NCBI GenBank assembly: GCA_965637545.1
Contig: OZ281496.1
Location: forward strand, 24,118,001-24,182,000
DNA from: Phallusia mammillata
Taxonomy: Eukaryota
DNA length: 64,000 bases
Direction: 5' to 3'
This document shows, piece after piece, positions 13,301 through 25,000 of the stretch (position 1 is its first letter; each line of letters opens with the position of its first letter). Made by a program: the position numbers and the translations under genes. The notes beneath the pieces are model-generated. The model was not told the origin of the DNA. It ran no database searches and saw only the letters and a program-made list of their open reading frames with translations.

Positions 13301-14560
13301 TCTATGTTGCTGTGGTTTACCTTCACAATGTATGTAGCTTTGGAGTTGATCAGAGTCTCGTGAGAGTGAAGCCATTTTCCTTTATTCCAACTCTGTAGGC
13401 AATATAATATGGTAGGGTTAATGTACCACAGTTACTTTCAAAACGATACACGGTTGTTGAATATAACTTTTGTCGGCCTAAATGGCGGATGTAGATCTTG
13501 AAGTTCAAGGTGAAAGCTTCAAAGCCGGGCTACTAAACCAAGCTGGTTCGTGTGATTTATTACCTCACTGCAAGAGTAAACCTGTCTACTTCAAACTTTC
13601 ATGGCTGCCCACCAAGTATATGATTTTATTGTAGGTTTTTATGTATACCCGTGGTTTCCAACTCTTTTCACCTTATATCCGAACTATAAACATCCGAAAC
13701 GTGTATGCTCTCCTTATGGTGGTATATACCTTTTATTATTCATAAGGTTAACATTTTACCGTTTTAAAAGTTTAAAACGGCAATGTCTGGGTTTAAACAA
13801 GGCCAAAGAACTTGGCGTTTATAAAAGTGAAATACACAAAGACAGTTGAAGCCCTGACCAAAACTCGCCGCCCACGCTCAATTCGACCCTATCAACCATT
13901 TAAGGCAGGGGTGGGGAACCTGCGGCCCGCGGGCCACATGTGGCCCGCTTGCTTTTTTAATGTGGCCCGCGTCACAATTTTGTTAGAGTAAAGCATAAAA
14001 AAAAAGTTGATGGACAAATATTTACTTGAAATGACTTCGAAATTTCTACATTTGACGCCAAACTTATAAAAATTACCACACATTCAACTACTTGCTGTAT
14101 TTGTAACGTAACAGTCACTCGATTGCCTTGCAGTGACAAATTATTTGCCATGTGGTGTTAGTTTCAAATTGATTTTAAAGCTATCGCGTGGATCCTTATA
14201 TTGTTACATAGAATATATTTAGTTTAATGGAGCTATAGGGTGTTCCAGAAAAAATGGACAAATTTTAGTCGAATTAAGTGATAAACCTGTATGCTTTGTT
14301 TATTGCAAACAAGTAACAGCAAAGAAAAAATCAAATCTGGACCGATGAAATATAAAATCACTTGTGTGCTTCGGGTATTTTTTACACGGAATTTGAAAAT
14401 ACAAAAATATTTGGCCCGCCCGAAAATGTTGTGCATTTCATGCGGCCCGCAGTACTAAGTGGGTTCCCCACCCCTGATTTAAGGAGTATAGCTCACGTTG
14501 GTAACCAGTACTGTGTTTGACTCAACTAAACTTTATCACAAATGTACTTACCAGAACCAT
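1341..14560 (-). CDS. GULP1: GULP1/CED-6 PTB-domain engulfment adaptor (multi-exon; core isoform ~310 aa)
   Basis: Phase-consistent GT-AG exons on the minus strand: 14552-14560 (MVL; start exon less certain), 13321-13392 (SWNKGKWLHSHETLINSKATYIVK), 13076-13246 ([44 protein letters not shown]...), 8772-8906 ([29 protein letters not shown]...), 7739-7831 (ANDITLTIGQAFELAYDRYL...), 4814-4960 (coiled coil VVDLNKRIVELETENAKLK...), 2565-2715 (RDAFDMQPF), 2226-2305, 1341-1415 (…TLDSFDPLK*). These match recognisable GULP1 motifs (KLKFARHIKKSEG, HRISFCADDKTDKRIF, ITLTIGQAFDLAY, DIFDMIPF, terminal LDPL). Confidence 0.92.
1734..1931 (-). CDS. Candidate alternative GULP1 exon (PEENYENQSEILRKIMRSSKLAW...RIAK)
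   Basis: cag|CCT acceptor after a long pyrimidine tract. Phase 0 matches the flanking exons and the frame is open for 66 codons. Donor AAA|gtacta is weak; the frame otherwise runs to a stop at 1671. Confidence 0.55.
2916..4529 (-). CDS. Large alternative GULP1 exon (~530-537 aa, low-complexity, Tyr/PxxP motifs)
   Basis: Uninterrupted 1.6-kb frame inside the GULP1 intron 2716-4813, on the same strand. Phase-0 acceptor aaacag|GAA GAC fits the upstream phase-0 exon. Ends at TAA (2916) or at a weak phase-0 donor TCG|gtactt (exon end 2943). Confidence 0.8.
   Translation of the reverse strand, partial: EDVDILEATTSTSNIPGKSASKYPVRQVSLSEQSSSESEYATSNDLLNIFNDPALSNSPISKKYLESRFNSPNLPPAKRIQKQAYIDQTIASVERAKASLKNLKDFVNQRKLRKKHKSDAGSPSIKKPENQVPGPTLNGNDEEDDDNYAKISEIQECAAKYLSQPKPKSKGQNKDETEKQQQELRANQHNSLPPAMIKRESQTSEKPVGRRNSASSLYTGFNEVIGTLQSMISDTPGTSSGGRVENNRVCAEPEQPSTADQTFLSDMHETVIDDAASDRSYMNVSYAKIQAKYKHMMPDENKSDSPPALPPRDHPAIPPKPPQFLHDSLGAKSSSMGSLSIYSATSSDVSSSTDRQGVHSYCFESPEGSLYMNPDPGKNLPRQQSLDAVQSKNSRPTGAPVSVLDSTLDRFSGEDGYLLLKEARKVAETSFEDESENVDSTYDTVHSLMKSVRKDAKQDTWLKSYESKWKASKHQVTADDLDGQDLIDILTEAEKLSQPSVSTSEKPLPASSSYSKPHHDKKLARSSKSVLSCLTCP
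6147..6362 (+). CDS. Candidate 71-aa single-pass membrane microprotein, antisense in a GULP1 intron
   Basis: MAIGAAARRRIEQSQSRSVTRTRTR-WYVLWPIAAFLAPIASSVYFAWLYL-EPACIEKEC...: basic segment, then a ~25-aa hydrophobic helix, then a Cys pair. No homology recognised. Confidence 0.3.
   Translation: MAIGAAARRRIEQSQSRSVTRTRTRWYVLWPIAAFLAPIASSVYFAWLYLEPACIEKECGRLNGNGFVALT
9051..9534. mobile_element. Truncated hAT-type MITE
   Basis: Starts CAGGGGTCACCAAACTT…GCGGGCCGG and has right-end subterminal repeats (GGGGGCCGGAT…CGCGGGCCGGATCCGG) like the intact element at 13906. Right TIR and TSD not found. Confidence 0.65.
13906..14476. mobile_element. hAT-type MITE (571 bp) in the first GULP1 intron
   Basis: Perfect 15-bp TIR CAGGGGTGGGGAACC; 8-bp TSD ATTTAAGG at 13898-13905 and 14477-14484; GCGGCCCGC subterminal repeats. 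Confidence 0.93.
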
Positions 14561-14859
14561 GATCAAAAATTCTTGATATTTTCCACACAACAACCAAACC
14601 AACTTAGCACAACAGTAATTTGACAAAATCCACGAAGCAGCTGCTACTGAAACACTCAGCTATGATGCAATACAGTGCTGTCACCCTGCATTTAAATCAC
14701 TAGCATTATCATATATTGCATATTAGAATGCGATTTTCTCACTGTTGCATGCAATCTCGGCATCCGCTGCGTCATCAACTCGTAGTGCTATTGACAGGAC
14801 GCGTTTTACAATAGTGCACTGCTATGCAGCACGCAGGGCAATAAACGTCGATTTTGCTT

Positions 14860-14960
14860 GACTGGCGCTTGTTTTCCTCTGACGTCATTGAACAGCTGAT
14901 CGCTGTGACGTGATAGATGCTTGGTACAGGCGCGTGGCTATAGGGTACTAGCTGTTTTTA
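14860..14960 (-). promoter_or_regulatory. Putative GULP1 proximal promoter with CRE/ATF sites
   Basis: TGACGTCA at 14880-14887, TGACGTGA and CAGCTG nearby, about 320 bp upstream of the proposed ATG at 14560. Confidence 0.35.
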
Positions 14961-15002
14961 ACGCTAGACGACGCTGTAACTCTGCTTGTTGTGACTATTC
15001 CA

Positions 15003-15075
15003 GCCGATAAATTAGCCGAATGGCCTGGCGCGCCTGACCTTCGTCCCCGGGAATGTCTTGGGTTCAAACCCAGCG
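15003..15075 (+). mobile_element. tRNA-derived SINE head / tRNA pseudogene
   Basis: Pol III A-box TAGCCGAATGG (15013-15023) and B-box GGTTCAAACCC (15061-15071) at tRNA-like spacing. The acceptor stem does not pair, so it is not a functional tRNA. Confidence 0.6.
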
Positions 15076-17151
15076 AAAAAAGATAAATTTGCATTAAGAA
15101 ATGTTGAAGTTATTTAATATTGTAGTAGCATAGGGTTCAAATGGCATTTTATTAAGGTCGCAGGAACTAAAAATTCTTCGGAAAATTTTTAACGAATGAA
15201 ATAGTGGCACATAGAAGACTTTTCCAATTGGCAGTATCCATGCTCTTTCAAACTAATTTATTGCAATGCATCAACACAAAGTATATAACCAAACCAACAC
15301 AATGTTTATTCGCCAAAAATGATAGGAATTTCTGCGTTTCAAAGCGACAGCAAAACAACCCTAAATGACCGCATTTATCTTTTACAACCTTCTTTTACAA
15401 AGCGATACAGGCCGGTCTAATCTTTTGGGAGTTGGGAGACTTAAACGTTGGCGAAAACATATCAGTTTTCAACCCCCCTGGGAGAATAACGTTCCCACAA
15501 ACAAGCGCTACCGATCTGTCCATCATTATCACTTTGTACCTCACGTAAAACTACAGGTGAAAAGTAGGCCACCAAAATTGCTCTCTGTTTTGCCACCAAC
15601 CGCCAAGACCTGCCCGGGCACGCCAGGACGTATATGATCTGTTTCTGTGATAACAATTTAACGTTTGTTGTGGTTTCAAGGTCCAAATCCACCGTGATAT
15701 GCTTATATGTAATGCTTAGATTCAAAGGGTGTTATATCGTATATTGTAGAGATGAGGTTCAGATGTACGGTGTTGATTACGAGATAATCGTTTATTTTTT
15801 ATGAATCCATGAATTTGCCGCTGCGTTTCTAAATCTTCTGGAAACATTTTTAATAACTAGCAGTGAAACTGTGCCGCCCGTGTGCTGCGTTTGGTTTAGT
15901 GTATAGGTTGCAAAGATTCATTTTAAAGCGTTGGCATTTACGACACTAAAATGTCGCACACCTGCATATGATTCAATGTGACACTTCCAATTTTAAGCGA
16001 TATTTAGTCACTGTTCGGTTACAATACCCAGTGTGCTATTTTATCCTCTGTTTAAATATATAGCAGTAATGTCTTAAGAAACAACTTTTTTGGTCACTAA
16101 AACGCCCGGAACGCCTTATTGCATATATCTTCGAATTTAACTTCGCCTTTGTATATACTTGCATTCCGGCCTAAATTTCACACAAAGCCGTTAAACCAAC
16201 AAACTGTGAACTATTGTTCGTCTCCGTGGTTGTATGTCAATTGATCAATGCTCAACCACCTTCCTTGATATAAAAACGAGACAGGGGTCCAACGTTCAAG
16301 AGGCCGCAATTCTTGTGGAGGGCATTTAAACTATTGTTATCCAGCCGTGCGTTAAACGCAACCGACCGTGTTTCTGGATGTTTTTGTATTGTCAGCCTGT
16401 GGTGCAACTCACATACACATGGTTTAATCTTTTTTGTCACTTTTTCGAAGGTGGAACTAGGCTGTAGTCACACGACGTATAAATCAGGGGGAACCAGATT
16501 TTGGCTAAATCAGAACGTGGGAAATTTGTTGAAGTTTTAACGAAAGTGGATCAAATAACTTCTCCTGGCTTGGTAAGTGACGTGTCCTTCTGAACATTAA
16601 ATTCCTACAGAAAAGAAAGTGAAACTATACATTAGCTTATGGCTTATATAATATTGGCAGTGAAGTGTAGAAAATACGTGGTGTAAATTGAAATAATTGA
16701 AATTATTTAATGGTCAAGTTAAGGGTAGATCTACCAGTTTTTGATAACAACTCTTTTTTATCTTTTAAACTTATTACATAATAAGTACTGTTTAAGGTTC
16801 ATATATAGAATCACTAAAACCATTGAAAATTATTATTCAATTAAAAACATTTTTGGGTTACTATTTCAAAAATTTAAACTAAGAGGGTGCTAGCTGTTAA
16901 TTTTTAGCAATCTTGCAATTTTCTGTTTGCGGTAATACAGTTTTGAACCTGACGAAATGAACCCAGCATTTTTAAACGTACCTTCAAACTTTCCAGCACT
17001 AACACGTGTTTCTGAGGCCAAGCGAGGTTAAACTTTCGCCGTAACGGAATGTCGAAGAGCGAAAGGGCTCGCTTGTTTGCATTTGTCAAGAATTCGACCT
17101 TAGTTCGCCCTACCAAGGCCGAGTGCAAAAGTAAAATGGCCCATTTTGCAC

Positions 17152-17900
17152 CGGGCCCGGGTTCCCTAGCTTAGATTGCTACGTCAAACTACCACCAACC
17201 TTGAAAAGCAAAATAAACATTGATATAATCTTCATGCTTGATATTCAGCTTCGTTGCAAGTTTCTTGAATAAACTTTGGAAATACTCCCGCCGTTTATTA
17301 TGACTTGTGACCACATAATTTGAATTTAATTTATGGCGAGTCGAACTTTGGGAAATATTTTGGTAACTTTTTTACACACGATTAATCTTGGCAAGTCCAC
17401 TTTAACAGAAATAATTTAGGTACCGGGTGTTTTTGCTACAAATGTCTCGCGATGTTTAAAACGTTTGCCAAATCTGGGCACCCACAGAAAAGCCGTTTGT
17501 TCTGTTGGTTTAACATAAGCTATTGATTGTTGCTGGTGAACCGTGTAATACCCCATTGTACAGCAAAATTCAATATCAGTGTATTCCTTCTGCGCTATAT
17601 AAATAATATCATACAAAGAATGCTGTCTTCGTGATTTACATGCTATGGACAAAAAAGTGAATTTGCACGATTTGACAAACGAGCAATATATACATGTCGG
17701 TTCACTTCGATGGAATTTTTTTTCTAAACAATTGGTCAAATTTGTGAAACAAAAGCGATTTATCTAAAGGAACTTAAACTGTATTGCTTTAAACCCGAAT
17801 TGGGAGTGCGGGGCCAAAATTTTGACGTTTTAAAAATGTGCCCAAGTAGCAAATTAAACACTATCTCAAAATCTCAGACGTGTCTAAGGACCTGGGCCCG
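17152..17900. mobile_element. Non-autonomous TIR element (749 bp) with 8-bp TSD
   Basis: TTTTGCAC duplicated at 17144-17151 and 17901-17908. Imperfect TIRs CGGGCCCGGGTTCCCTAG / CGGGCCCAGGT-CCTTAG. Confidence 0.75.
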
Positions 17901-18359
17901 TTTTGCACTGGTGAACACCAATAGGTAGAGAATATTTAAGTGTTAGGTTTGTTGTCAAGTTACCTAGCAATAAATGTAAGATCGATTTTCAAATTTACCG
18001 CAGGTTTTGAGAGGTTCTCACAGTTCGAGTTTAGCCTTACTCTGCTCCGACTGGAATGTATTATTACGGTCAAAGTTAATGAAAGGTTTGGAAAGCTGTA
18101 GTCATAACGTAACGAATTTGCAAAACTTTCTCTTGCAAATCCGAAATGTCCATTGGCTCAAATAAACGCTGTTAACCATTGAATAAGATAAGCAATTTAA
18201 AATAATATAATTTTACTGTGTACTGGAAAGTTTAAGTACAGTCTACTTGTGGCCACGCCTCCAAAATTCTCATTGCCCAATCGCCTATTCACGCGAAACG
18301 ACAGATGCCAAAATGTTACAACTGTTTATCCTTCAGCCTCCGGGCCTGAAGCCTTCCCA

Positions 18360-18610
18360 CAATGACGTAATGCATTTTCGCGCATGCGCGTGTGTGCTGC
18401 GCATTGCGCAAGTCACGTGGCGCCCGCGTTCTTGAAGGGCACCGAGGCGTAACCGACGCGTTCAGTTTTCAGGCAATTTTTTTAGCGATTCGGAATTTCT
18501 CGCCTGGTCTTTTGACGTGTTACGGAAGAAAGGTCACACGGCGTGAAAAGCACAGGCCACGTGTCAATTGCACGCTTTTGATTGGCCGATTAGCTGACCT
18601 CGTGACATAG
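18360..18610. promoter_or_regulatory. CpG-rich promoter/enhancer-like motif island
   Basis: TGACGTAA (18363), perfect palindrome CGCGCATGCGCG (18379-18390), TGCGCATTGCGCA (18398-18410), GTCACGTG (18412-18419), CACGTG (18558), and GATTGG (CCAAT box). Confidence 0.45.
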
Positions 18611-21600
18611 GGTGCTAAGAAGGTTGAGATTGTTTTGTTTATAATTCGATATGCGGTATAATTGGCCTAATTGCTAATAATGCTTACAGATGGTTCAAAC
18701 TTGCTGCTGTAAAACAGCTTACTTTACTCGTGTTAAGTTTATTTTGTATGGTAAAATCGTTTTAATAACTGCATGCTGTGGGATTATAGCGAAATGTGAA
18801 TGTTGAAAATAAGAACGTTTTTTTGTTACGAGCTTCTGCAAACAAACAATCAACTAAACGACGAAATACTTCCTATTTTAGTCGATGGGTAAATATTTGC
18901 GCCCTATACGAACACGTGATATTTGTGCAGGCAGCATCAGCTGCAAATCTGCAATGACCTGGTTGAACTGATAAACCCGCGAAAAATATCGAACTAAACC
19001 CAATTAACAATAATCTGAATGCGTTTGCATGTTTTAGTGTATTGGCGCCTTTTAGGTCCCAACAACGCCTCACTGTGTGGTGGTTGAACTGGTGGACTCT
19101 CAAGTAGCAGCCAATCAACTTGATATTGTACTTTATAATGTGATTTCATCGAATTCGACGTGGTTACAAGAGTAAAACATTTACCAATAATCCTACTACA
19201 CTATGGCACCATAAATCTTGTAACTTGCCCTAATTCCCATAGTTTTTGATTAAAGTTGTCAAATTTTGCTAGTCAAAGAGCCCACCGCAGTGAAAAAGAC
19301 TTTTCTTCGATTTAATAACAGTTTGCGTGTATTTTGAGGTTTTGACACTTTGGTCAAACGCAGAAATGCGAAATTAAAACACAAACAAGAGTCAAAACCT
19401 TTGCGTAACGGTTGAGGCCTGTGGGGAATTTTGTTACAGAGACCATGTAGAGGTCCCTGTCACGCACTATAACACCAAGAGGGGAAGCGTTTTCGGTTCT
19501 TCACCGACTGGGGTACAGTAAGGATGGCGCAACATGAACAGCAGATTCAGTGTTGCAATCGTAGCGTGTTTGAGATATTTGTGGTAAGGGAAACATGTTG
19601 ATTCGCACCACTGCGAAGAAATGGTTCCTTTCAACTGCAAAAGACCAGCTTGCGTTTTAAGTCCGGTTCGCTACTTAATTCCTCGAGTGGGCTTTAGCAA
19701 CGAGAAAATGTTAATTAAACGGTCGTGGCGATGCGCTTAAAAGGCAATGTGCGTCATTTGCGAGATTAAGCACACGCGTAAATTTCTACGTGTTTTTAGC
19801 TATGCTGATTTAAATGGCGAATTTAAATATTGTGTCAAATGCGAACAAATCTTGAATGCTGATTTACATTCATTTCATGGAAACAACAACAACTGAACAT
19901 ATTTTTATACTCGGTTAAACCACGTTCTGATCGTTGTTTTACAAAAATAATGGGATGTAACAAAAATAAGAGGGTGTTACAAATGCAAATTCGCTACAAA
20001 ACGTTCTAATTTCAAATCGGTGTGTATTAACATCTCTGAAACAACTTAATCAAAATATGCATACAATGTTAAAATGTAGTTAAAGTATACCAAATCTAGT
20101 ATGTTTATGAACCTAGTCTAGAACGTATGACATGAAATCTAGAAGTTTTTTAGAAAAAGGGGGAAATTACTAAACTTTTGTTTTTTTTAAAAAAGATGGC
20201 TGATTGCCTTTACATTCGAGCTTCGTGTTAAAAGTGCGTAACTTGTTTGTTTCCACTCGCAACGTGACTTGGTTTCAAAACAGTATCACTGGAGACAAAA
20301 CACACCACAAAATACCGGTAACTTTTTCTACGCAGCGGCAAATGGTCGTTTCTCTTTTCATAAACCTCTTTGCACCGAATTGGACGTGTCGAAAGCCACA
20401 AACTTCGCAGAAATATTGACCGTTGGAAGTTTTGCGCTTCGTGTGTTACTGCAAGAGCCGCAATGTTTTGGTAACTTAATCCAGGAGTAACGACAAATTT
20501 ACTGCGTAGAACTGTTGATGTTTATGTGTCCACTTTGTGAACCCACAAATCTCATTGAAATCGTGACCACTGTCACAATGCCACAGAAAACTTGTTGTTT
20601 TTCCTGCATAAGTATATTCTCAATAACGCATAGCACACTTATATGCGCATTTTAGGCTTTATTTTTGCATTTGCTTCTCGATTATCGCATTAAGAGGGCG
20701 TGCAAATGGGTTGAGCTTGTCTGTGGGTGATCACAATATGAATCGGGCAATTGGGCAAGTTCATAAATCCGATTATTCGATGTTTGGCATTTACAGTCTC
20801 GCCTTGTATACATTTGGTCGTGTGTGTTTACAATATACGTGAGCTTATTGCGCTGCTGTGGTGTTTTGCAATTAAGGCATAACTAAGGTTTTTGAGACCT
20901 TGCATATTTGAAACAGTGCTAAGTGTACTATAAATCGTACGACTGCAGTTCTGAAAAGCGAAACCTAACAAGAATGACAAAAATTTTATTACGCGAACTT
21001 TTTCACATCAAAAACCAACAATTATTTGCTGTTTGGAAGCTACGACTCATTCTGTATTTGGAGATATAAAAGTACACAACTCGTATTTGAAAATAAGTAA
21101 AATTGTTCACAGAATAAACGGGAGGCTTGTAATGACAAAATAAACCAGTAGTTTTAGAAAGAAAGTGTGTTTACTGTTTTTGAGTGTTCAAATTTGAACT
21201 ATTTTTGCAAATGCAATGATTAATTGTAAAAACTGAACAAATATTCTTTAGGGCATTTTCAGCAAAATTCTCAAGTGATCAATAACTTATTTTGCCTTGA
21301 AGGTCTTCCCCGTGTTGTTTAACAACATCTCCGCATCTGACTTTGTGTTTACACACTCGGTAATCGGTATAATTAGAGTCCAGCGCACGTACGTTCACCA
21401 GCTCCTTGATCTTTTCATCCAATTTCCTCTCTCGTTGACCACCGGGGTTGATCTATTTGCTGCTTTGTCAACGCCCATAATAATGCCTGCGAAGCGTTAA
21501 TACAGACGGTGAGAATTTTTTTTCGCATGGTCTTTAGAATTAATTCTCCAAGCTTCACCTCTGAGTTGGAGATAATTCTATTAATGTGAGTTGGTGCGTG

Positions 21601-21827
21601 AAATTAGGGGTTCGGCATTGTGGCTGAGTTTCCGACGATGATTCAGAAGTTCGGTTGGGTGTGTTGTTACAGGTCTTTGGTCTTTTGTGAACATTATTCT
21701 ACTATTTAGGAAGGATTATAAATATTTAAATAATTTTTCTTTGTTATGTTGTGTTATTCAGCGTCAAATGTAGCTTGAGTTAGTTTTGTTTTTGTTTTAT
21801 CAAGTAAAACGATTTTAGCACCAAATC

Positions 21828-22009
21828 GAGTACTGGGATTCAGCCGGTTCGCACCGGTTCTATAGAACCGTCTCACGAAATTTTATGAAATCAGTGAACC
21901 GGTTAGCATTACTAGTTGCTGTCAATGGATTATTTATAACAGAACCGGCTAAAAAATATGACTTTTGTGATAGTACCAGCTGAAAAAAAAAATTTGAATC
22001 CCACCACTG
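21828..22009. mobile_element. hAT-type MITE (182 bp)
   Basis: TIRs GAGTACTGGGATTCA / CAGTGGTGGGATTCA (12/15); 8-bp TSD ACCAAATC at 21820-21827 and 22010-22017; internal (A)CCGGT(T) repeats. Confidence 0.85.
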
Positions 22010-25000
22010 ACCAAATCGTATGTATGTTGTAGAATGTTTTTGACATCAGCAATATTAGTAGAACTAAAACCATACAACTTAACACCTGTGTACTGAAACG
22101 ATTTTACATAGCGCAGAGTAACTTCAATCCTTATTTGTAAAATTAAGACTTGGATAAGTTCACAAACGTCAGAAACTAGATTAAGGCATGCTTCAAGCCA
22201 ACAAAAAATCAATAGGAATGAGGTTGATTGGGGATCTTTGGCTTCGTTGTTATCATTTTTCACATTAACAAAATTATCATATGGTCAACAATCTTGAGTA
22301 GGGTTCATTAAAATGTAATCGATAGTATTGATTTGCCTTCGGATTTGTGCTAGGTGATTAATATATGCATGTTGGTGGCGCGAACTTGTGCTGGATATAA
22401 TGGCATGAATTTCGAATACGCAACGTTTAGCAAACTTTTACTTGGTAAACTTTAGTGAAAGCATTGGGTTAAGCCTATACTTCAAATTGCAAATTTGTTC
22501 AAAGTGATGTGAATGCCAAAATCTTTTGTATTCGACAAAGTATTTTGGTTTTGTGGTGTGATTATATTGTACCTGATGAAGCAAACATTTTTCGCCATTT
22601 TAGCTGACTTACCCGCAATTTGCAATTAATAAGTATATCGCTAACCAGGACGTTGGAACCAATGATCAAAGTAAAAAAGACAAACGTTGTTATTACGCTA
22701 AACGTTTTTTGGATTTTTCTGATTCCCTATTATACTGTGTGGCTAAAATAATACCCCGGCTGTACAAGTAGATTGTAATCTCTCAGCAATACTCAACTGT
22801 TATCCAAACATTTACGCGGTTTTACTGTTTGAAGCTTTGTCAGAGGAACTAAGTACTCAACTGCAATGCTTATAATATCACATTGAATATGATTCACATC
22901 GTTTCGCAGGTGCGAATATAATTCACCGGTGATCCTGCACCGCCCAGAGTTTGTTATTTTAGGGGCACAAGGGCGGAATAATTTCATAGCCCCATATTAT
23001 GTTACCGTGTCCGGCAGTCGTATGGCATATCATAAGGAATACAACATAAACTAAGGATATACTTCAATACCTTTATTATAGACCGGACAATACAGCTCGC
23101 GATCATACGTCGCCCCTCGCTATTGTGTAGCTATTGAAGCTGACATTCCTCGAGCGTCGTGAGAAAAGATTGCGATCCCCTTTGGCTGCACTGTATGTGC
23201 CTGGGCATGGCTAGTTCCGTTGCGTATCAACCCCGAATTGTGAATGGGTTGTTGGCTTCGGCGAGTTCCTCGGCTGTGGGAACGGAATGTTCAGCTGATT
23301 TGGCTCGTTGTTTGCTTTCCGGATTTTGTGTTGTAAGTTTTATTCAAGTCACAAACGTGACAAGCTTTCTGCAACGCGAATTCCAGAAGTTCCGGATGTA
23401 TCGAAGAATTTACTAAGCTTAAATTGAATGTAGAAATCGTTTACTTTAGGAACTTTACTGCATACTATTTAATTTGCAGATTTAGTCAGTTAGGAACACT
23501 ATACACGGACTTGAAAATTAATTTAATCATAAACATTACTGCCAAAGTACTGGTGTATATAGAAGTTAGAATGTAGAACAAATTTGCAGACTTTTTAAGA
23601 AGGAAATGTGTTTTAAGTTTGTATTAGTATAGCATCTATCTATATGTAGGTATTGGGTGTTGTTTTGAGAAAACTCATTTGTCTTTGACTTATAAATTGA
23701 TATCATTAGACAGGCATCATTAAATACTTTCGTTTGACGGTTTCATGTGATATATTTCATCACGCCATACATAGGGCACACCCCCTGTCATTGGCTTGTA
23801 CATCAGACAGATGACATCCCATCAGGATTTAAAATGTTCCAAATAGTTTCCGCTGTTCACGGATGTGGTGGATATGCAAATTGCATGTGGTCAGGTCAAG
23901 GTCATGGCCAATTTGTGAATGTATATTGCCGGATCCGTTCATGATCGACCGCAAGTGCTCGGTGTGGGAAATGCAAATTGCGTGGCTTCTTAAATGGCAT
24001 GGATCGGGCAACACGTCGAGCTATTTCAACTTTTTTAAATGATCGCTTAGTCTGTAATCATACTAAAATATTAATATAAATGGTGGTGAAAAAATCCTGA
24101 TCAATTTGGCCTTACTTTTCATGAGTGTAAAGGTTTCCAATCACGCGTATAACAAACACACCGTCCCCGATTTAATGTGAAATATACTAATCAAACATTT
24201 GACTTTTACCACGGCGAGCTTGTATTTACAAAATTGTGTTTAGGGCTTTACAAACGTAAACGTTTACGCAAAACTGAGCTCTCTAAACGTTAAATACATG
24301 AAACTGGCGTTACAAAATGACAATAGAACACGGCGATAATGAAAAAGTGGTAACACAATCGTGATTGAACCCCCCCCCCTCCAAAGAAGCAATTCATTTC
24401 ACTAAGTTAGGCACGTTGGAACTGTGACGTAACGTCGCATTTTACCGGCTCCTCTATAGGCTTTGTTGCGCAGTGAAACCGACTTGTTGTTAGTCAAAAC
24501 TCGACTCATGTTACCAACCAACCAGTTGATAACACTGCTAACTCGGTGGGTTCCCATCAGGTCAGATAACGCTGCATTTTAGAACGCTTTGCCTCGGAGG
24601 ACAATGCACCCGGCGCTGTACGGGCCTTTAACTCGAAATGAAAACACGCGAGTGCCTTTGTGGCACTTTTCAACAGCTGATGCCTTGAATGGAGTCGGGC
24701 TGTCCATTAAAAACTGACACACACTTGTTTGCCGTGAGAAAGGAGCTGGGCCGTGTTTTGTGGCTCGGTGCTTTTGTGTTAAGTCTGCTGGCTCTGTTTG
24801 CTGCTAAATTAGGGTTTTATTGTAATTGCAAGCTATTCGAGTTAATGCTATCCCGCCTCGAGAAGACTACCTGCCGCGATTGGAACTAGGGTCATTTGGA
24901 ATAGTTATTGGGCACCTGCTAGGAGCTGTAAGTAGAAAAAAGTGTTTAATGAAGTGTTAAAATAAAATGCAACAACCAAATCAGTAGTCATAATTTTGTT

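Noticed and set aside
12908-13375. 155-aa ORF as a stand-alone gene
   Set aside because: It reads through two introns. The real exons are 13321-13392 (in a different frame) and 13076-13246 of GULP1.
15003-15075. Functional tRNA gene
   Set aside because: The acceptor stem does not base-pair; treated as a SINE head instead.
21290-21700. GC-richer, coding-looking minus-strand fragments (…WRINSKDHAKK…, …LDEKIKELVNVRALD…)
   Set aside because: Broken by stops and frameshifts with no recognisable family motif. Possibly a decayed element, but not supportable.
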